Part shown: positions 58,704 to 64,000 of the stretch, in pieces
How positions within the stretch are numbered: position 1 is the stretch's first letter
Layout: the number at the start of each line of letters is the position of its first letter
Assembly: GCA_016186695.1 (NCBI GenBank)
Contig: JACPLC010000001.1
Location: forward strand, 109,718 to 173,717
Length of the DNA stretch: 64,000 bases
Direction: 5' to 3'
Source: Candidatus Kaiserbacteria bacterium
Lineage (GTDB): Bacteria > Patescibacteriota > Minisyncoccia > Phycocordibacterales > UBA2100
The notes under the pieces: generated by a model
What the model saw: only the letters and a program-made list of their open reading frames with translations
What the model was told of the DNA's origin: nothing
Database searches by the model: none
Position numbers and translations under genes: made by a program

Positions 58704-60728
58704 ATGAACGACTCCGGACATACGAGCACGTATGCCTGCCCGATGCATCCGGAAGTCATTTCCGACAAGCCGGGGATGTGCCCGGAGTGTGGAATGAGTC
58801 TCATTCCGCAGAAGCACGAAGCACGAAGCAGGAAATCCGAAACACAAACTCATGACAAGCATGCGGGGCACAAAACGTCGTCATTTCTGACGAAATTTTG
58901 GGTGACGCTCGTGCTCACGCTGCCGATCCTCGCGTATTCGGATATCTTCACGATCGCAACCGGTATTGAGCTGCCTCGATTCGGGGGAGTGGAGTTCGTG
59001 ATACTCGCACTCGGCTCCGCGGTGTTTTTTTACGGAGGATGGATCTTTATTTCGAGCGCATACCGCGAGCTTCGTGCGCGTCTGCCGGGAATGATGACCC
59101 TAATCGCGCTTGCGATCACCGCGGCGTATGCGTTCAGCGTCTTTCAAGTGTTGCGCGGCGCAGAGGAAACGCTTTTTTGGGAGCTCTCGACCCTTATCGC
59201 CATCATGCTCCTCGGGCACTGGATAGAAATACGCGCGGTGCAGGGAGCGAAGGGCGCTCTTCGGGAACTTGCGAAGCTGCTTCCCGACACGGCGGAAGTC
59301 ATCCGCGGAGAAACGAGCAGCGTCATTGCACTTTCGGAACTTCGCGAGGGTGACATCGTTATCGTAAAGCCGGGAGGCAAAATTCCTGCCGACGGGAAGG
59401 TCGCTGAAGGTGAGTCCGACGTAAATGAAGCCATCATCACCGGAGAATCGAAGCCCGTCGGCAAACACGAGGGGAGTGAAGTGATAGCTGGCTCTATCAA
59501 TGGAGACGGCGCACTCAACATAGAGGTCACAAAGATAGGCGAGCACACGTTCCTCGCAGGCGTGATGCGCCTCGTCGCGGAAGCGGAGGCTTCGAAGTCG
59601 CGTCTGCAGATGCTTTCTGATCGTGCGGCGTTCTATCTCACTGTTGTTGCTGTCGGCGCAGGAGGCCTCACGTTTGTCTTATGGCTTTTCGCACAAGCGG
59701 GAATTGTCTTCGCGACGGAGCGGCTCGTCGCGGTTCTTGTGATCGCGTGCCCGCACGCGCTTGGGCTTGCGGTGCCTCTCGTTGCATCCATCTCGACTAC
59801 TATGGCGGCACGAAGCGGCTTTCTTGTGAAGCGCCGCCTCGCCTTGGAGGCGGCGCGCAATATCGATATCGTTCTCTTTGATAAGACAGGAACGCTCACG
59901 GAAGGAAAGTTTAGCGTTACGCGGGCAAGTTCGGATGAAGCACTCGCGCTCGCAGCGGCAGTGGATAGCAAGTCAGAGCACCCGATAGCGCTCGCAATCG
60001 TGGAAGAGGCAAAGAAACGAGGTCTCGCAGTCTCACATGCAGAGAATTTCCAACGTATTCCGGGCGTCGGCGCCGAAGCGCGTGTCTCCGGCAAGAAAGT
60101 CTTTGTCGGGCATCGTGGCGGAGCGGATATCGTTGTCGAGGTGGATGGAGAGACGGTCGGTAGCATTTCTGTCGCCGATACCGTGCGGAGGGATGCGAAA
60201 GAGGCACTCGATTCATTGCGCGAAATGGGCGTGAAGGTCGCGATGATAACCGGCGATTCGGAAGACGTGGCGCGAGAAGTGAGCCGTGAGCTCGGCATCG
60301 ACGAGTACTTCGCACGCGTGTTGCCGCATGAAAAAGTCGAGAAAGTAAAGGTGTTGCAAAAAGGTGGTGCGAAAGTTGCAATGGTTGGCGACGGTGTGAA
60401 CGACGCGCCGGCTCTCACACAAGCGGATCTCGGCATCGCGATCGGTGCGGGGACGAACGTCGCCATCGAATCCGCCGGCATCATCCTCATCAAGAACGAT
60501 CCGCGCGATATTCCGAAAATAATCCGGCTCTCGAAACTTACATATTCGAAGATGCTACAGAACCTCTTTTGGGCGACGGGCTACAACGTGGTCGCGTTGC
60601 CGCTTGCTGCGGGAATTCTCTATGCGTGGGGAATTATCTTAGAACCCGCTCTCGCCGCCGTCCTCATGTCGTTCTCGACCGTCATCGTCGCCGTCAACGC
60701 CGTCCTCCTGCGTAGGCGGGTATTGTAA
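58704..60728 (+). CDS. Copper-translocating P1B-type ATPase (CopB-like)
   Basis: N-terminal YACPMHP...CPECGM plus His-rich stretch, TGES, CPHALG, DKTGTLT, SEHP, GDGVNDAP, YN, MSFS. Confidence 0.95.
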   Translation: MNDSGHTSTYACPMHPEVISDKPGMCPECGMSLIPQKHEARSRKSETQTHDKHAGHKTSSFLTKFWVTLVLTLPILAYSDIFTIATGIELPRFGGVEFVILALGSAVFFYGGWIFISSAYRELRARLPGMMTLIALAITAAYAFSVFQVLRGAEETLFWELSTLIAIMLLGHWIEIRAVQGAKGALRELAKLLPDTAEVIRGETSSVIALSELREGDIVIVKPGGKIPADGKVAEGESDVNEAIITGESKPVGKHEGSEVIAGSINGDGALNIEVTKIGEHTFLAGVMRLVAEAEASKSRLQMLSDRAAFYLTVVAVGAGGLTFVLWLFAQAGIVFATERLVAVLVIACPHALGLAVPLVASISTTMAARSGFLVKRRLALEAARNIDIVLFDKTGTLTEGKFSVTRASSDEALALAAAVDSKSEHPIALAIVEEAKKRGLAVSHAENFQRIPGVGAEARVSGKKVFVGHRGGADIVVEVDGETVGSISVADTVRRDAKEALDSLREMGVKVAMITGDSEDVAREVSRELGIDEYFARVLPHEKVEKVKVLQKGGAKVAMVGDGVNDAPALTQADLGIAIGAGTNVAIESAGIILIKNDPRDIPKIIRLSKLTYSKMLQNLFWATGYNVVALPLAAGILYAWGIILEPALAAVLMSFSTVIVAVNAVLLRRRVL

Positions 60729-60736
60729 TTTCGGCT

Positions 60737-61156
60737 ATGAATGGTATTATTCTCAGTATGAAATCGGGGACAGCCGCACTTCTCGTAGTGGGCATCTTTG
60801 CCGTCGGAGTTTTTGGCTTTCTTGACATGGATCCTTCGATGGATCACGACGGAGGCTGCATCGCATCGCTCGTGAACGCTGCTTCGTGCCCGCTGCAGGG
60901 GTTAGAAAGCGCGATGTATCACATGAGCGCATACACATCGTTCTCGCGGGCGGTGTTCTCCTCGACTATTCTTCTCGCACTCATTCTCCTTGTACTTCTT
61001 GCCCGTACGTACGGTTTTGCACACTTCCTCCTACTGCCCGGAATGCGGCCACGTCGTTTGTATAGTCGTTCCACTTCAGACATAGCGCCGCGGTATAAAT
61101 TCATCCAGTGGTTATCACTATTCGAGAATAGTCCCACCCTCTTCCGCAGCGCCTAA
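60737..61156 (+). CDS. Membrane hypothetical protein with Cys/His/Met loop
   Basis: TM, MDHDGGC...SCP...HM, TM, C-terminal WLSLFENSP. Confidence 0.75.
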   Translation: MNGIILSMKSGTAALLVVGIFAVGVFGFLDMDPSMDHDGGCIASLVNAASCPLQGLESAMYHMSAYTSFSRAVFSSTILLALILLVLLARTYGFAHFLLLPGMRPRRLYSRSTSDIAPRYKFIQWLSLFENSPTLFRSA

Positions 61157-61231
61157 AAATCTGTAAAGATTTTTGGCGCTGCCATAGTCCTCATTGAGGA
61201 CTGTCTTGATTATGTATTCACTCATTAACCT

Positions 61232-61729
61232 ATGGACACAAAAACAATATTCGCAGGGGCCATCGTGCTTCTCGCGATCGGCGGCCTCTTCTTCTGGGGT
61301 CGCGTAAATCAGGCAGCTTCTTCTGAAACACCGTCCGTAAGGGCAAGCGCGCTTGCCGCGGCCGAAGTCTTCTATGATTTCGGAGAGATCTCGATGAAGA
61401 ACGGAAACGTCGAGAAGATATTCGAGATCGAGAATCCGACCGACAAAGACATTACCCTTGCTTCACTCATGACCTCATGCATGTGCACCAACGCATACAT
61501 CGTGAAAGGTGCGGCGCGCCGCGGACCGTTCGGGATGCAGGGCCACAGCGGACCGGTACCCAGAGCAAATGAAATCATTCCCGCAGGCGGAACGCTCGCG
61601 ATCGCGGTCGTCTACGACCCGAATGCGCACGGGCCAGCCGGCGTAGGCGCAATCGACCGCTTCGTCTACCTCGTCGACGACGAGGGAGGACAACTCTCGT
61701 TCGAAATTAAGGCGAACGTGACCCCGTAA
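61232..61729 (+). CDS. DUF1573-like Ig-fold protein
   Basis: YDFGEI, F.I.N, TSCMCT, DPNAHGPAG. Confidence 0.8.
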   Translation: MDTKTIFAGAIVLLAIGGLFFWGRVNQAASSETPSVRASALAAAEVFYDFGEISMKNGNVEKIFEIENPTDKDITLASLMTSCMCTNAYIVKGAARRGPFGMQGHSGPVPRANEIIPAGGTLAIAVVYDPNAHGPAGVGAIDRFVYLVDDEGGQLSFEIKANVTP

Positions 61730-61732
61730 GTT

Positions 61733-62512
61733 ATGAGAAAATTACTCATCTGGGGAAGCGTCGTACTTCTCGCGTTCATCGCGATCGTCATTCTCAAGTA
61801 CGCACCGGGCACGTCGTCCATCATCTGGAATCTCTCCGACGGAGGTAAGTGGCTCTTGCCATTGGTTGGCGTCTCCGCGGTACTCGACAGCGTGCACCCG
61901 TGTTCATTCTCGATACTCCTCATCACCATCGCATTTCTCTTCGGTATGCAGATGACGAGGGGGAGAACCCTCGCAATCGGAAGCATCTACATTGCCGGAA
62001 TCTTCGTCGCGTATCTCGGCATCGGTCTCGGCATCTTCCACGTGTTGCACATCTTCGCGGTTCCGCACTTCATGGGAAAGCTTGGTGCGACGCTTCTCAT
62101 CCTCTTCGGCATCCTCAATCTCATCAATTGGCTCGTGCCGTCGTTCCCGCTCAAACTCTCTATCCCCGCGGGGGCGCATCGGAAGATGGCGGAATTGATG
62201 AACACCGTTTCGGTGCCAGCAGCGTTCGTTCTCGGATTGCTCGTCGGTCTCTGTCAGTTCCCATGTATGGGCGGCCCGTACCTCATGGTCATCGGACTCT
62301 TGCACGACAGTGGAAGCTACGTCGTCGGAATCGGCTATCTTGTTCTCTACAATGTGATACTGATCTTGCCGCTTGCAGCGGTCTTGTACCTTGCAGCGAA
62401 CAAGGAGGTCGTGGACAACATGCAGAACTGGCGGAAGACGAACATCTCTGCGGTGCGCCTCTGGAGCGGGATTGCGATGGTATTACTAGGAATAATCGTT
62501 CTCTATGTCTAA
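61733..62512 (+). CDS. CcdA/DsbD-like membrane protein
   Basis: DSVHPCSF and CQFPCMGGPY; multiple TM segments. Confidence 0.82.
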   Translation: MRKLLIWGSVVLLAFIAIVILKYAPGTSSIIWNLSDGGKWLLPLVGVSAVLDSVHPCSFSILLITIAFLFGMQMTRGRTLAIGSIYIAGIFVAYLGIGLGIFHVLHIFAVPHFMGKLGATLLILFGILNLINWLVPSFPLKLSIPAGAHRKMAELMNTVSVPAAFVLGLLVGLCQFPCMGGPYLMVIGLLHDSGSYVVGIGYLVLYNVILILPLAAVLYLAANKEVVDNMQNWRKTNISAVRLWSGIAMVLLGIIVLYV

Positions 62513-62669
62513 CCGGCAACTCAAATTAGGAGACGCGATCGCATGGCTTGCAAAGCTTCTGCACATACCGCACTGTGCAAGTTGCGAGCGACGCCGTGTC
62601 ATCCTCAATGAGATCCAGACGGCGGGCGTGAAAGAAACATTGCGAAGATTAAAAGACTGTTGCAACTAA
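62505..62669 (+). CDS. 54-aa Cys-rich small protein
   Basis: Manual translation MSNRQLKLGDAIAWLAKLLHIPHCASCERRRVILNEIQTAGVKETLRRLKDCCN; fills the operon gap. Confidence 0.72.
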   Translation: MSNRQLKLGDAIAWLAKLLHIPHCASCERRRVILNEIQTAGVKETLRRLKDCCN

Positions 62670-62674
62670 CGCGC

Positions 62675-63556
62675 ATGATCAAAGAAACACTTGATAGGTT
62701 TGCGACGACGTATGCGGTTCCCATCGCTCTCGCGACACTCGTGGGTGTCGTCGCGGCACAACAATGGCAAGGGGCGCCCTTGCCACTCGATGCTGATGTT
62801 ATTCCGAAGGAGGGGGTTGAGCTTCCGGTCGTCTGGGGAGATCTCGGCAGACAGCTCGTCGGCTCCGGCGCAATCGACCGGGGAAAGTGGATGGAGCTCT
62901 ACCTGCCCGCCGAAGCCTCGGCGCAGGCGGGCGGGAAGCTCACGGAAGAAGAAAAACGTCTACTCGATGGTACTAGTCCGGAAAAGCTTCGCATCACGCA
63001 CGAGAATGCGTCGTATCTCCTCAACCTCTTCTGGGCATTCGGGCTCGCAAATAAAAATCCGATCCTCGAAGACAAAACAGAGATGATGAATCCGGATTAT
63101 GGAGGCGCGGGAGGATTTGCTTCGACAGGAGGATGGACGTTATCCGATGGCGATGCCATGAACCACTACGGGACGCATGCACTCGTCCGGCTAACGGCCG
63201 AACAGCAAGCGCTCGTCGAGAAGATCTCGCGTGGCGTGTACCGCCCATGCTGCGACAACTCGACACACTTCCCGGATTGCAATCACGGGATGGCGATGCT
63301 CGGCCTCTTGGAGCTCATGGCGTCGCAAGGTGCGAGCGAAGAGGAGATGTGGGATGCGGCGCTCGCCGTGAATTCGTACTGGTTCACTGACACGTACCAA
63401 ACGATCGCGCTCTACAAAAAGCAGAAAGGCGTCGAGTGGAGCGATGTGAATCCGCAGGAAGTGCTCGGATACGACTATTCGAGCGCATCTGGATTCGCTC
63501 GCGTCGCCGCGGAGGTCGCGCCGCGAAGCGGCAACGGCGAAAGCTGTAGCGTATAA
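62675..63556 (+). CDS. Exported Cys-cluster hypothetical protein
   Basis: N-terminal TM; RPCCDNSTHFPDCNHGMAM; C-terminal CSV. Confidence 0.82.
   Translation: MIKETLDRFATTYAVPIALATLVGVVAAQQWQGAPLPLDADVIPKEGVELPVVWGDLGRQLVGSGAIDRGKWMELYLPAEASAQAGGKLTEEEKRLLDGTSPEKLRITHENASYLLNLFWAFGLANKNPILEDKTEMMNPDYGGAGGFASTGGWTLSDGDAMNHYGTHALVRLTAEQQALVEKISRGVYRPCCDNSTHFPDCNHGMAMLGLLELMASQGASEEEMWDAALAVNSYWFTDTYQTIALYKKQKGVEWSDVNPQEVLGYDYSSASGFARVAAEVAPRSGNGESCSV
62902..62931. repeat. In-frame 30-nt palindromic element (family 2) encoding LPAEASAQAG
   Basis: CCTGCCCGCCGAAGCCTCGGCGCAGGCGGG; same architecture as the elements at 29769-29874. Confidence 0.75.
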
Positions 63557-63564
63557 TTGTCCGT

Positions 63565-64000
63565 ATGAAAAACAGGATAGCGAGTTCTGTTCTCGTTGCA
63601 GTGCTCCTCATCGGCGGAGCGTCGTATCTAGCTTCATCGAAGAACGCCGAAGAAGATTCACGTTCCGTTTTCGGCGCGGATGTCGTGCTTGCGGCGCAGT
63701 TCGATCGCTTGAGCAAGAACGGCAACTCTTCTTGCTCGGGGGCGTTTGCGGATTCGATCGACAGCATGCCGGATTCAGAGCGCCTGCAAGGGTCGTGTTG
63801 CTCTCCAATGGATCCGCATCGGTACGAGGAGCAGGTTACCGGACTCCGGAAGTTCAAGGACGTTCCCGAAATTCCTCCGGACCCCTATGACATCGACATC
63901 GCGCTTGCGAAGCAACTTAAGGCCTACTATGATATCGAGCTCACGCCTTTGGAGCAGCCAGCCTACGACTACGCGATGGCAAACTCGAACGAAAAGGGCC
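63565..64000 (+). CDS. Exported Cys-rich hypothetical protein (3' truncated by window edge)
   Basis: MKNRIASSVLVAVLLIGG signal/TM; NSSCS, GSCCSPM; open to window end; TATAAT 7 nt before ATG. Confidence 0.8.
   Translation, partial: MKNRIASSVLVAVLLIGGASYLASSKNAEEDSRSVFGADVVLAAQFDRLSKNGNSSCSGAFADSIDSMPDSERLQGSCCSPMDPHRYEEQVTGLRKFKDVPEIPPDPYDIDIALAKQLKAYYDIELTPLEQPAYDYAMANSNEKG

Overview
This 64-kb window of ~55% GC chromosome most likely comes from a Patescibacteria/CPR (Parcubacteria-like) bacterium. The assignment is an inference from the PilQ-less type IV pilus cluster, a shortened RF2, CCA-less tRNAs and many small uncharacterised proteins. Gene content in order: the end of aspA; an ArsR-led thiol-redox operon (glutaredoxin, trxB, DUF3179, TlpA, DsbA, CcdA, MerT-like, DUF427, DoxX); purT, comF and phhB; a type IV pilus cluster; ligA, gatC and gatA; tRNA genes, two of them directly preceded by homing-type endonucleases; an FMN-riboswitch rib operon; prfB, ftsEX, pyrG and guaB; a small island at tRNA-Gln (solo MazF, SET domain); an ABC efflux set with a broken ATPase; a two-component system; an ECF sigma with anti-sigma; surface proteins; and a CsoR-led copper cluster. 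The most notable non-coding signals are: (1) six copies of a structured intergenic element with a conserved core and unrelated but paired outer stems, always just after stop codons; (2) miniature palindromic elements inserted into a protein (in frame), a duplicated tRNA 5' end, the FMN riboswitch and the first repeat family; (3) -10 boxes placed 5-8 nt before ATG across the window, indicating leaderless mRNAs; and (4) three Cys-rich small ORFs missing from the supplied ORF track. No databases were searched; all family calls come from motif recognition.
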